DNA of 64,000 nucleotides from Camelus ferus (GCF_009834535.1 NC_045697.1:23004001-23068000), one strand, 5' to 3'; positions 23,182 through 37,200 are shown, numbered from the stretch's first letter. A program made the numbers and translations. Notes: generated from the sequence alone by a model not told the origin.

Positions 23182-26100
23182 ATACTTTCCAAAAGTTGAA
23201 GCCTCAACATTCCTATAGATTATGTATAGCAACCAGGGTTCCTTGTTCTAAATGATACATCTATCTTTATTAAAAAGGTAGACAATTTTAGAGTATACAG
23301 AGTCAGATATAGGAAATGCACAGAAGTCAGTGATGTCTAAGTAGCAGGACAATGGCAGGTCACTCTGCAGCCACAGCTGATGCCATTGGCCACTGATGAC
23401 CCTGCCAGAACCTCAGCACCACTGACACCACTGTGGACAATTAATAATTTTCTCTGCAGAGGGAATGATTTTTCAAATACCCTACGATTGTTATTTCCTT
23501 TCATTTCAAAAAAAAAGTCCTGGGCTAAGAAACTGGGCATCTAGATTCATGGGCCAAGAAGGTCAATCTGGAATCTTAAGTTTCCATAATTGGAATATAG
23601 GTCCTCCTTCTTACCACAATTCATAAAATGGTACATTACCTCAAAATATGAAGTGGGTGTTAATGTTAAAAAGTAAAAATTTTATATGCCTTGAGCATAT
23701 TAATTTATCCAAGTCAAAAAATACCCAACCTCCATAATATTTTAGGCCCTGGTAAAATAGTCAAGAAGAAAACACACCTCTCTGACCTTATAGAGCTTGT
23801 ATGCTAGGGTAGATCTGACAGCTTTTGCATAAGTAAGCTAATAACATATAATCATGCTGGTAGTAACAAGTGCATTGATGTATATAGGCCAGAAAAAAAG
23901 ATGGGAAAGAGAGTTAGACTAGCTAACACCCAAAATAATATAATCAGGAGTGAAATACAAAAATATTACACAAGGTTTGCACTGACTTGAACTCTCACTG
24001 AAACATGTTCGTGAATTACATCTTCCTAGTTTTCATGTGATCATTTCACTTTCTAATTTGTATTGCCTGGAAAAAAGATAAAACATTTTAGACCTCTTTA
24101 CATCATTTTAAAGTTATTATTATGCCCAACCAAGCTTTCATTGTTCATTAGAGTAAATATAAGACAAGATAGAAAATATTAGTTGGATATTAAGCTTTGT
24201 GAGGATAAGGGTCTTTGCTAATTCAGTGATCTATTCTGGAGCTCAGTGGTGTAGATACTTTACAAATTAATTTGAAAGCCAGATTATAAATTTTTATATG
24301 CCATGGACTATAAGAGTCCTTTACAAGATGTTAACTTGTAACAGCGACTGTTAAACACAGGGATGTTCAGAGTCTACCACTCAAATTCAGCCTCCACTGG
24401 AGGTCAGATTAGCATTCATCCCCAACTGGTTGAATGAAATCCATTGGTTCCTCCCCAATGGGACAAAGGTATTTTGTTTGCTTGTTTAGCTGATTGGTTG
24501 GCTGGTTGGTTATTTTGCTTCTTCTATAAAATTAGAGGAGGTTATTAGGTTGGTTACTTTCCTATTACTAGTTATTTCTGTTTATTATACACATAGTGTA
24601 TTCTCACAATGTCAGCTTGGCACCATGAAAATAAATGTCACATGGTCAATCAGTGTCTCAGTTTCAGGGCTTCATTACTATAGGAATGGAATCTTAAAAT
24701 GTCCTTAGTCTTATGAAAATAATAAAAATGCCCACTTTTCTTTAGCTATTTCTGTGTTCACACTACTTGAGATCTTAATCATTAGCCAAAGAGAGGTAAT
24801 CTCAATTTCACATCCAAAACCAGTGATGCCTCCTTCTGAGTTAACAAATAAAAGACAGTCAACCTAACAGAAACCACAGAAGCTAATTTTTCACAGTGCT
24901 TTCATGGAAATCAAACAATGTGTGAGGTGATTTGTTATGACACTGACTGGCCCTTCTTGCCCATTAAGTATTTTTTATTTCCAATTTTTTTTTGTAGGTG
25001 AAACAATTCTTATCCCTTTATTACCTCACTTAGTTTGGGGAACATAATATTTTCTCCCATTTATTGACAAGCTTGATTTATTTTCTCTGAAGGAGTTCAT
25101 AGAACGAGAGTACATCTTTTGGTAGGACATTGGTAAAGTCATGAGCACTCTGTGAAAAATACCACGCTCCACTGCCTATCACTATCTTAACTTTGCCTTA
25201 GTTTATCTTCTGGTTATCCTTCTGAATCTACTCTCTTTTGATGCCTTCCTTTGTAGAGATTTTATTTCAGAATCCAATGCATACCTTTGGCTGTCCGAAC
25301 TCACAAACCATCCCATTTCCTCGTTTACTCTTTAGACTATTATCTCTCAGTTCTTAATTATGCCTTTCTGGGGGATGCTGTTCATCAGCATATAGACAAA
25401 AGCCCAGCCTGGCACAATTCAGCAACCACTCATGGCTCCTCAGATCCCAGTTCAGGTGAGACGTGTGGGTTTTTCCCTTTCCCCAAAAGAATATATATAT
25501 AATTAAAATCATTCTAGGTTTTAAGCATTTTATCCTATTCCTTATATATGAAAGATATATAGCAAGAAAGGAAAAATTTTTTTGCATTGCAAACATATTT
25601 TTGCATTATAGTTTTGTATACATATCTAAAATGGTATAAGAAAGAAAAAAATTGCCCAAATTTCTGTATCTTTCTTCCGTTTCCCATGGACTTCCGAACA
25701 CCTCTTTCCAACTAACTCATGGAAGTCTCCTCAGACTATATTCCTCTTATCAGGATTTTTATCTAGTAATAAACACCGGAAGAAAGTAAAAACATCCAGA
25801 CCATACACTGGAAATACATGTTCACTAAGCCTGTAATTCTACAGTGTAATGATTGCAATCAAGAGTTCTGCAAGGGTCAGGAGACAGCAGTGTTAAGTAA
25901 AACCCGTGTAGCTTTGATCCTCATCAGAGGAGGACCACTTCAGTTAGAAGACTGCCACTGAAATCAACAGCTCATTTCTTAAATCGATTGGACTAGGATG
26001 TTTTACAATACAGAGCTTCTCACATATTTATTATTTTGTAATTTAGTCACATGACCTCCTTTGACCTGCAATACTCAATTCATCCCTTCTTTCTCAAATT

Positions 26101-26419
26101 TACTTCAACTTACATGAGACAGTGTTACACTGGAGATGGATAACATCATATTGAAATATTTTAAAAACTACATTGAGTTGATCCTGTGGGTCCAGAAATA
26201 ATTTCTAGGTTAGAATTTAAAATTGATACTATTTTATGGAATGCATATAAATTTAATGTAGAAAAGTTTATCTTCTGCCAATTTCCCAAACGCAGCAGGA
26301 ATTTAAGCTGAACATAGGGCATCATTTGCACATTAATTCTGCATTGGTGGGAACTTGGGAACTGTCATCCTGGATCAGACTTAGGGTGAATTAAGGGATG
26401 GATTCTCTTCATATAATTG

Positions 26420-26545
26420 AGCTGTTCATTCGGCAAGTATTTCTTGGCACTTGCAAAAATCCAGGGTCTGTTTGAAGCAATAAGAATAGAGCAGTGAACA
26501 AGGTAAAGAGTACTTGAATTCATGGAATTATACCCAATTCCAATA
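26420..26545 (-). mobile_element. L2 3' end fragment
   Basis: ttcattcggcaagtatttcttggcac...atagagcagtgaacaag...ttcatggaattata. Confidence 0.55.
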
Positions 26546-27067
26546 TTGAAATTAAATATGCAAGAGGTTATTTTCATACTGAGTTACTACTGTCATTCAC
26601 ACACACAAACACACACAGATATGTATAAACATATATAACTGTGTATCGTTAAATAATTATATAGTAATCTCATAGGAAATGGTGGTTATTATTATAATAA
26701 TTGTTAGCTTAAAGTAGTAAGTGCTATAAATTAATTATTCATTGTATGGGTGAGTTCTTGAATTGGTTTTAAACCTGCATTATGGAAGTTATACCAATTG
26801 TCCTACTCTTAAAGTATAATTATTTGGTGAGCCTGTATAATACACACAGTATTCATACCAAGTATGATTTCATAACTGTGTTTAAGATTTCCTGAAAGAT
26901 ACTAAAGTGTCTCACGATTCGGCTAATATCCCTTTACAACGTTTGCTTTGCAAACTGAACACACCGTTGATAATCGGAGTTAAGCAACACATTAAGCTAA
27001 TACTGTAATAGGAAACTCTTCCATGTTGCCATATAACTTGCCTAAATTGTAGCCTATATTTTCGCCC

Positions 27068-27218
27068 CTCTGGCCCTCCATGTCTGCTCGTTCCAGGTCC
27101 AGGATGTGGAGAGCTGACTGCATTCATTGCACTACATCATTGTATATGAGGGACTTAAGCATCTGAAATCCGCAGAGGGTCCTGGGACCATTCCTCTGCG
27201 TATACCAGGAGATGACTG
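27068..27218. mobile_element. TcMar-Tigger MITE fragment (Tigger2/MER2/MER8 family)
   Basis: actacatcattgtatatgagggacttaagcatc...gggtcctgggaccattcctctgcgtataccaggagatgactg matches the MER2/Tigger2 terminal region; internal hairpin ggccctccatgtc...gatgtggagagctgactg. Confidence 0.7.
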
Positions 27219-27354
27219 GCTGTGAAAGCTTCGTTTTATACCCATAGGCTGTTATAAAAGACTACATCTAAGTTACAGGTATAGATGATCTTTCCACAGT
27301 TTTCTGATAATTTAATATGTCTTATTTCTCAAGGCAACATAAGCTCTCATTCCT

Positions 27355-27800
27355 CCACGCCTCTGCCCACGGTACTTCCTCTGCCTAAAATGCTTTTTAC
27401 CTTTGCTCAATTTTCCTCGTCCTTCAAGATTCAACTCAGTGGTTCTCTCTTCCAGACAATAGGTACTGATTTTTGCTTTCTATATCCCAGTCTCTGTGCA
27501 AAATACATTACACTTTCACCATTTTATTTTATAATAAATTCTATTATCCCAGGTATAGAGATGAGACGTAGGAGCTCATAGGATTTTTTTAACTTCTCCA
27601 GAGGCAAATAAGTGGTTCAGCTTGGAATTGACACCAGGCCATGTGGCTACAAAGTGTGCTTACTCTCCTGATCACAAATTTAATTTCCATTTTTGAATAT
27701 GTTTGTGTGTTCATATCCCTTCACTAAACAATAAGTTTCTGGAGGGTCAGAACTATTCAATTTTTTTCATCATGCCTACCAGTTGACATTTCATAACTGT
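27355..27800 (+). mobile_element. L2 3' region with a nested antisense MIR (~27535-27670)
   Basis: cttcctctgcctaaaatgcttt...tccttcaagattcaactca | tattatcccaggtatagagatgag...ggaattgacaccagg | cactaaacaataagtttctggagggtcaga. Confidence 0.55.
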
Positions 27801-30800
27801 TAACAGACACAGAAATAAATGGATACATTAATTACTAAAATTGTATTGCATTCCATGCAGTACATATTATTTTAAACAATTTTTCTATTAAAAACATATT
27901 ACTTATGTGAAGTTACAATTGATCCTCTTAGTGCTTCACTTTTCCCTTTGTAAAATCCCCGGATGGCCCTTAGTGTAAGTTTAATTCATTCCTTTCCAAT
28001 GTTTAAAAGCAACTCTTATTATGAAGCAAACCTTACCATTTCCTTTGTTGCTGTTCATATGCAGTTACTTCATTGTTTGGTCCTTGCCATTTCCCTTTAT
28101 TAAAATTGGATTCAATTCAACATAATCCAAAAACTATTTGCTGATCACAGGCTCTCTTTTTTTTTTTCCTTTTCTTTATCTAATTCTATAGTAGATTTCC
28201 ATATAGCAGCACAAAATTAATTTGACTTAAAAAAAGCAGTGATGTTGCACCCATTCTAGAGGCTTTGTCTACATTATGGCATCTAAATATTAGATTTTTC
28301 TTTCTCTCATATGGTGTTTTTATTCTTTTTCTCCTCTTTCTCTTTGTTTCTCCTCTCCCCTTCCCCTCCCTCAACCCCTCCTCTGCTTTTTTAAGCCTCT
28401 TCTCACTGTTACTCACCTTGAGGTTTATACTGTTATAGGTGAGCATGTTTCCTCTCTTGCACTGACAAACTGAGGTCACACTTGTGGCCTAAATCCAGAA
28501 TTTGTCCTGGATTTTTCCTTTATTATGGGAGTGTCATTATAAAGAGTTGCGCTGAAATTAGCCCTGATGGATTTGCAGATTTTCTGTTTGTAGTTCTAGT
28601 TTCTGCTGTTGTCACCTGCAGCAAAGTAGGAAAAACTTATGCAGTGAACAGGGTTCTCACTTACCAAGAGGATCATACATATTTCTCAGGCTCTGTCTTT
28701 GTATAAGTATCTTTTCTCTGGTACTTTGTTTTGCAAATTCCAGCTACTTCTGTCTCCCTGAATCCTAGTCTCTTCTCTGTTCAGCAAGATCATTTTCTTT
28801 GCTTTACTTTTCTTTCCCTGCACACCAGCCCAGAAAGTGCACTTATACAATAAATCATGATAATTCTCATGCTTACCACATTTATGTTTTATATGTTTGT
28901 TAAACATATCTAGTTGTTAGGTATCTACAGGGAGCGGGCTTCTTCAATATAAGTTGCTCCCTTATGAATGCAAGTAGATGGTTTATATTAACTTGAAAAA
29001 AGTTAAATATAAACTTTCAAAAATCAAGAAAATTATATTGATCATATACTAAGTGAAATGACCTTACACAGTTTTGTTTGTGGTATCAGAAAAACAACAC
29101 AAAATGTGTCTATATATCCCAGTGTTTGACCACAAATAGGTGGCAATTTATGTGAAGACAAACACACAGTCATCTGAAAATATAAATATAATTCAGGAGT
29201 AAAAACTTTTAACTGAATAGAAGTGTGGATCACCATATTATGGTGATTAAGAGAAAATTTCAAGCAGGAGATAGTATGGTTCTGAATCCAAGGATAGAGA
29301 TGATTTCTGAGGTATAGAGAAATAAGGGAAGGGTTTCAATGGTAAATATTTTTCTGTAGTATGTGTGGAAAACACAGGCATGAAGGACAGATAGAACAGT
29401 CTGAATCACATGAAACACTTCAGCAGAAAATTAGCTGGTAGGACACCAGCTGGATAATCTTTGTCACTGAATTTAGTTTGAAGCATGAAATTAGTATATA
29501 TGCGTAATGCAACAGTGAGATAAAAATGTTAATCAGCACCTTCAATTAGTTTCAATGAAGTGTATAAGAGGGAAAAAACAACAACAAACTAAATGTACTG
29601 AGATACGAAGTGGTACTGAATTGAATCTGTAACTGTTTCTACAAGGATGTGAAGAGAAATCCATCTCTAACTTGAGAACTGAAGGATGAGTATCACTTAG
29701 TGAGTTGATGGTTGAGGGAGAGAAGGGAGATGGCTGAGGGTTGCGCCCAGCAGAGTGAACTGTATGTACGAAGACTGAAGAGCAGGGAAATAAAAAGCAC
29801 AGTTAGTTGTAGAACTGCAAGTGTGACAGCAATATAAAGTCCAAAAAACAATCTGGGGTTAGAATCAGCAAGGCGCCAAGTTGCCGGACACTTTACAGAG
29901 GCCAAAATAAAGATTTTGTTTGTGTTGCTATCGTTTTCAGCTGCTTTGTTTTCTTTTTTGTTTGTTTTGTTTGACTGCCTTGTTCTGTTTCGTGGTAAGA
30001 TGAACACATCAGTAGGGCTATAGAGTGCCGCTTAGAAAGGAGGTGAGGATTTTACTTGACTGGTTGGGTGCGATGCTCTGAATTAGAGTGAAGCAAGTGT
30101 GACCAGGATGAAAGTGATGGATAAACGTCACTATGAAGGGTTCATCAAGAGAATATATTTACAAAAAGCTTTTAATCCTCTTTATTAGGATATGGAAATG
30201 AATTTTGCTTTTATTTATTGATGTATGCATTTGCTTCTTTACTTATTTGTAACTTGCTTTGCATCAAAGAGTGTTTCATATAGAGAGAATCTAATGTTGC
30301 AGGTTTATCAGACAAGGGGGTAAAGTTAGTGAAAGAGAGAGCTTTATGAAAAAAGTAATTTTGAACTTAAATGACTATTATGATTAACAGAAATAGAAAA
30401 GTCAAAATGGGAGGAAGAGGTTGGTTAAGATGTGCCATAGTTAGAGGATAGCAAACAACCCCAGTGAAAATATGGCATTTGGAAACAATAATTAAAGCAG
30501 CGATACATACTTTAATGCCCTAATTGTGCACATATAGGTATATACTTTAATATAATATGTCTTATATTTAATATGTAATGTACATATAGAAGTAAATTGG
30601 AAGCTGTAAAAATGGTTTAGTCTCTCAAACTATTTAGAGTAAGGAAAACTAGCCAAAGACTGAATCTCGGTGAACATAAACATTCATGATTTAAAAATTA
30701 AAAAAAATTTTCCCAAAGCTCTGAGGTTTTTTTTTTTTTCCCCACAGTATTTATTTCCTTTTGGGCAAAACTTTCAAATGCTTGGTTTGAAAAATCATAA

Positions 30801-31131
30801 GAGATCAATTCAGAGCAATTTTGTAACCTTGGATTTCATTCCAAGGCACCAGTGTGATTCCCTGTACAGCCCAAAGCTCTCAGTTTTTATCAAAGATAAG
30901 AATTACAATGCTTTTTTGTTCATATTTTATTTTTTACTGTTCATTTCATCCCTGGAAGGTTAAAACATATTCACAACTTTCAATAATCATATATCTTTCA
31001 TAGAAATACAACTTTTATCAAAACAGTAGGGAATTTCTACATTTCAAGTAACATATTTTCTATCTTTCAGAATCATGTATTTTTAAAAAATAATGTAATT
31101 TAAAGAAACTACAAAAGACCACTTCCTTTAT

Positions 31132-31134
<3 letters not shown>

Positions 31135-31162
<28 letters not shown>
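31135..31162. repeat. (GT)14 microsatellite
   Basis: Direct reading. Confidence 0.95.
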
Positions 31163-31163
<1 letters not shown>

Positions 31164-32489
31164 GCTTATAAACTTGTTTCTTCTAACCACAAATATTAAA
31201 TTCGGCTGCCCTATGCTTTGGCTGGCTTATGCTGCTAGGTTGCTCGAATGTAAATCTGAATTATGGAAGATATTGAGAATACAATTGTACTTAAAAAACT
31301 CAAAGTTGAGAAATGTAAGATACCATAATGTTTACTTTAAAGAGCTGGTCAGAATGGATTGTTATATATAATTAAAACAATTCTATAGTTAGGTTTTCTA
31401 TTTCTGAAATGTAAACACTTTTAGGTACTTGACAGCTCATAGTAAAGAGGTATAATGTCCCTTCCATTTGTGTTCTCCGGTAACTTAGGGCTCCCACCAA
31501 GAGATGCTACTTCTCCAACTGCACACATTACCAGGTGGAAAATTGCTTTATGGACTCCAACATACAGACAAGTTTACAGAAGTAAGTTACCAATTTGTAC
31601 CAGTTGACAATGAATAGAATATCAAATTCAGCTAAGATTGGGGAAACAGGGTGAGCATAAATCTTTAAGTAGGAACGTGTCCCACCCTGATTCTGATTGT
31701 TCTCCAGTGTGCTGCAAGTTAGAGGGGATTTCCAGACCTCCGTTCGGTAATTTCTTTCCGACAGTGATGTCCATTGGTAGGATTGGTTTCCCTGTCTGCT
31801 GGACATCTCATTTTTCAACTGCTGTTTACCCTGAAGAGCTGCTCAGCACTATTTTGTTGGAGTTCTATTCAGCTGTCTCTTGTAAATTGCATCAGGAAAA
31901 CTCGGCCCATTTTACACCACAATGCATCATACTCTGGAAACTGCCTAGCAAATAATCCCATTCTTTTTTTTTTTTTTTCTCCTAAATGGAAAATGGGATC
32001 ACTATTTCCTGACTCAGAATTAAACTCACATTTCCTAATTTGAGAAACCTAATTTGAGAATTTCCCATTCTCTCCTTGAACCCATCTTCATTTTTTCTTC
32101 TAACAAAGATTCACTGATAGCCTTGCATCTGTCAAGAATGGTATCAGGCCCTTGAAGAAACTGGAGTAAAGAAGAGATGATAATACTTGTCCTGAAGGAG
32201 TCTGGATTCTATTAAGGAAGACAAATACTAAATAGGGCAAACTTAGAGTTTATGTTCTGCCAGAGAAAAATCCATTTATGTGATTTATTATTTAAATATA
32301 AGCTTCATACTGAGAACTATGAGAACTCGTGTCAGAGGTATTTATTTGTTTTACTCTAGGGCCAGGTTTTTGTCATATATGGTGAGTATGTAACTGGTCA
32401 AAAAAGTTTGTTTTATTTTGCTTTATTTAAAATTCTTTATTGATTTAATATTTAAAGGCTGAGTAGTGTTTAATTTCACAAATATGAGT

Positions 32490-32990
32490 CATCAGAGGTG
32501 GATAGAAAGGGACAGAAGACAGATGACAAAGCAAGCCCAAGCATTCTGAAAAAGGAAGGAGCATGTGAGAAATGTAAGCTCCAGTGTGTAGATTCAGCTA
32601 GGGAGAGGGGGTGAGAAATAAGGATGGTGATGGGGCTAAGGTCAAACCCTGCAAGAACTTACAGGTAGGCTGGAAACATGTATTTATTGCTGCAATTAGA
32701 GTTAAAGGAGGAGTTTAAAGAGTTAAAGGAGGAGCTATTAATAATTAAACCAAGACCATAGGCAAAATTGTGTAGAGAAGTATTTGGATTATTATCTTAA
32801 GAGCAACGAGGGGCTTTGAAGGTTTTTATTAGGGGAGAGCTTTAGGATAATCTGTAGGACAGAAGAGAAAGGGTTTGAGAGAGGCACGAATACATAGTGG
32901 AGATTGGCTGGACACAGTTTCAGTGTTCTAGATGAGACAGGGTGATGTGAATGCTTAAAAAGCCAGCAGGAGAGAAAAAAGGCTATTAAA
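32490..32990 (-). mobile_element. L2 fragment
   Basis: tttggattattatcttaagagcaacgaggggctttgaaggtttttattagggg...cagtgttctagatgagacagggtgatg. Confidence 0.5.
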
Positions 32991-33499
32991 TCAGGTACTT
33001 AAGTCTTCAAAGGTTCTGAGACATTCCATTGATTTATTCCCAAAGATCTAATAAAATCATTGTCGGGTTTCTACACTTGGGAGGCATATACGTTAAATGA
33101 ATCTGGAGATAAGATCATTCTATACAAATGCATATAGTGGCTTCAATAGGACCTGGCTATTTTATTCATAGTCTTTTAACATCCTATGCTCAAAATCTAG
33201 TCAGTTACAAATTATTAAAGACTTAAATTCAAGGTCACCATGTCTAGATTCTAAACCTGATTGTATAACTTGTCTTGGCCTTATTTATTTTTTATTCAAG
33301 ATACAGACAATAAAATGTCTTACATAGGATATATACATAGAAGAAGTTTGGGGAGTGTGATACAGTATTACTTTGTTAATATCACATGTTTCCCTATGTA
33401 TCCTTTTGTCTTCTTGTTGCCATTTCTCTATCTCTTACAGTCCAACATGCTGATACCGTCCCATCCCAGAATCTCCTACATCAATTGAATAGCCTGAAT

Positions 33500-34290
33500 A
33501 TACAACCGTTTTCACAAACCGGAAGCCTAGAAACAATGTTTCCCTGTTTCAGCTATTTGTCAAGTTCTGTCCATTTTATATCTCAAATAGTTTTCAGGAC
33601 TGTCCAGTTCTCTAGATTTCACCTGCCCCTACTTGTCCAAAAAAAAAAAAAAATGTATCTCTTGTCTGGGCTAAAGAATTAATCTCCTAACACCCTATTC
33701 CACAAAGTGATCACTTCCAAATACAGTCAGTCCCCATCTCCATTCCTACACTCATCCATACTTACCACACCCAGTGTCTTCTAATTGCCTTTGGTGTAAA
33801 GAAGAAGGTATAGACATCTTCCAAAGGAATTTGCAGGTGTGACCCTCCCTACTTATCAATCTTCCTCTTGTACTATATCCCCACTCCTCATTTGACATCT
33901 ACACTAGCCTTTTTTTCACTTTTTAAACTGTGCCTTGTTGGCTTAGTGCACGATTTTCCATCCACCTAGAGTGCCCTTTTCCTCTACAGGTAATGCATCC
34001 TTTGAATTTCTAATTTGTCCTTTATATTTCAACTCAGATGTCACTTTCTCTACCAAGTCTTCCCTTATTCATCAGTTAGGTGAAACTCTCTATTAGATAA
34101 TCTGACAACACAGATGATGTTCTTTTTGTAGACCTTATCATATTTTTTTTGTTTATTTGATTAATACTTTATCTGCTCAAGGGCATAAGCCACCTGAAGC
34201 ACAAAAAGTATTCAAACAGTTTTTGTTCACATTTGAATTTCTAGCTCTTAGCAAATAGGTATTCAGTAAATACATACTGAATGCATAAAT
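33500..34290 (+). mobile_element. L2 3' region
   Basis: gaagcctagaaa...ttttccatccacctagagtgcccttt...caactcagatgtcactttctct...ataggtattcagtaaatacatactgaatg. Confidence 0.55.
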
Positions 34291-37200
34291 CAACCTCAGG
34301 TAGATTTAAGACTGAATTTTTCATAAAACAAAAGCTAAAATTCAGTAATTTCTGTGCTCAGATAAAATCCAACTATTTAAAAAGTAGTAAGAATCTCTTC
34401 TTCAAAGTTCTGCTCCTGTTTATTCCTAAACACATTTTCTTACATTTGTTCTTCATAAAATATGTTTGGCTCACCGAATCCTCAGTCCCACAAAGGATCT
34501 TGATTCACTGAATCCCCAAGGATTTCTGAAAAGGCAGAAATCCTTAATTTTGGTTTCAAGGTAAAGCAAACTGGAACGAGACAAGCCTGCTGAGACTTAA
34601 GATCATGATGGATCCAGAGCCAACTAAAGTCTGCAATCAATCTTCCTTCCTCCTCTCACCAGACAGCGAAGTCCCTTCTGTATCTATGATGTCTCCTTGG
34701 ATTGGCTCACAGATCCCAGGGCTGGCCATGAGATCTCACAACTCAAGTCCTGTGGTTAGCCGACCAGCTTCCTCACAGACATGGCAGTTGAGTGGAGTTA
34801 GAGTCAATGCCTCCGAGCAATGCTCTTTAAGAGGCCATTGTTAAAATGTGTTTTTATTTTGCACTTGTAAAAGTCTCTTAACTGTGTTTAAACTATACTG
34901 CAAGACTTTAAAAGCGGTCAGATATTTCAGGTATATATGGTATCTACCCTACTTTTTGCTGCAATTTCTAATACAAAGGTGATAAAAGAAAAAAAAAAAT
35001 TGTATCCTCGTAACCTCCCATCCCAGGAAGGGGCACATTTATCAATTCTCTATGCCCATCATAAAACACAGATGATATAAAAGGAAAAAAAAAAAGGTTC
35101 TGAACTTGAGTTCCTATGGGATATGACCCAATTTGAGTTTGCCAACGCTGTACATTCATACCAGTTAAGTGAGTAGAGAAGTAAGGGCAAAAAGGAGAAC
35201 TATAAAAGAGACCAGTTATTTTAAGCCTATTAGAAAGAACGGGGATATAAATTTGTAATAGACTTTCCAAAATCCCTTAGCTATGCAACCAAGACTTTCT
35301 CTTTGATTTAATAAGAGAAATGGTCATCTTGTTCTGCATAGGGTCACTCGAGTCTCCCGGTAGTGTACGAACTGCTATAAGTGAAGAAAGAAGAAAGCGC
35401 AGAGTGTGCTGGGCATGTGATCAGCCACTTTTTGACCCTCAGCTAGTCAAGGAGTGACATGAAACTTAATCAATGGCTGAAAACAGTAATGCAAAAATGT
35501 TATTTGAAAAAGAAAGAATGTGTTTTTTGAGGGTGAAGGAGTCAGCTCTGAAGGAGAAAGAAAATGAAAACAACTTTTCAGGAGACATCAAAATCCATCT
35601 CACCTCTGCATTTTTATTTTTGTGAGATGACTTCTTGATCACCCTTTTTTGTTGTTTTGGTTTCTGGCAGGGTGCCAGGAGAGATGTTCCCCAGATCCAG
35701 CTTATCATTAGGGCTCAGCTAATGGGAATCAGTCGAATTGTTCACAGGGTTCGGTTAAAGTGAACTATTGAGTTTAATTAAAGTGATAGATGAGAGAACC
35801 CAGGGTAATCCAGACTGTAACTCAGGTTTTTCAAGGAGAACTAAAACACACACACACACAATGCATAAGTCTATTTTTATGCCCTTACATATTTAATTTC
35901 AAATATATTAAACTATTCTTAAATTGTCAAATGACATTGGCAAAATTTGCCTTACTCTCTTCCAAGAATTCAAAATAAGGAGAATCTAGTGGTTCCAATA
36001 TCCAAGTTTATTATGACTGTGAGAATCATGGAGCAGATGTACTGAAAAGCAGAATTATAAAATTTCCTTATTAGAACTGATTAGTATAATGAGGTACATC
36101 CCAGTTAGAGTATAGACATTCTCTTCTGATTATTTTCCCTCAGAATTTGCTGTCCTATTCAGAATTTAAAATAGGCAGTTCCAAGTGGCATAATTTTAAA
36201 AACTTACTTGTTATCTCTAGCAAGTGAGATTTAATATTGATGCTTATTCAAACAGTGAAGACTTACCATGAATTCTTTCTCCCCCAACTTTCACCTTGTG
36301 ATACCTGTTGTCTTGAGTTCTTGTAGGTGATGCAGGAGCCAGGGTGTAGGACTCCAATGTTTTTCATAGTCTTTGTATTTTTTGAGTATTTCTCTGACGT
36401 CCTTAAAAATCCAATCACTAAAAGATGGCACAAGTCTCCAGCAGGCACTGGTGACACTTCTGGATGGAGAATAGGGGTAAAAGAAGAGAACTGAAAGTAA
36501 GATTTAATATACTTCAATCTGCCCTTTTCTACATTTTACTGTATGAAGCTGCAGAAGAGGAGATTTTTCTCTTTGTTTCATATAGTTTTAAAATATTTTA
36601 ATAGTCACAATAGAGTCACATGATTGGTTTTAACTGAATATCATCATTTGATCATCATAATGGAACTCATGATTCCTGGCTCTTGATCTCAGATGCTCAT
36701 AGAAAATATGTTTTCTAATGATTCAACTCTCTCCTTACTTCTGGAAATCCCTGAGAGGCTTTCACATAGTAGTAACATGTAACTTATGTCCAATGCTTCT
36801 CAGCATCTACCATTTCCTTCATATTTTATTTTGTCTCCCCTCATGGGGTAGCACTTGAGATGCTATTTTCTATCTCCACCATCGTTGGATAAACACCATC
36901 TCCTATTGCTACTAACGGTGGACACCAGCAATGGTGTGTGATTCCCGTTTCAGGTGCCAAATACCTCAAGGTATTTTATCCATTTTCTGTTTTCATGGCA
37001 GTGGGATAAAATCCTCACAAATTCCTTGTAAGACTGTTCTTAAACCTGGAAAACATCAGAGGCAATCCATCAATCCTGAGTAGAACAAGTGTACGTTCAA
37101 GTTTGAACCCCCTGTGTAAGTGTACAGGAGTGATATTGTGGGGAGCAGCCCGACTCTGACTACCGGGAGTTCTGATATGATTCCCGCCTTTGTGCTTGCT

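Noticed and set aside
24394..24407. Second CTCF-like motif CCACTGGAGGTCAG
   Set aside because: Mismatches at informative core positions and no CpG retention; expected by chance in 64 kb
29133..29146. CTCF-like CAAATAGGTGGCAA
   Set aside because: Lacks the conserved 5' CC and C positions; weak match
36921..36936. Hairpin ACACCA-GCAA-TGGTGT with a GNRA loop
   Set aside because: Only a 6-bp stem, expected by chance; no larger RNA structure around it
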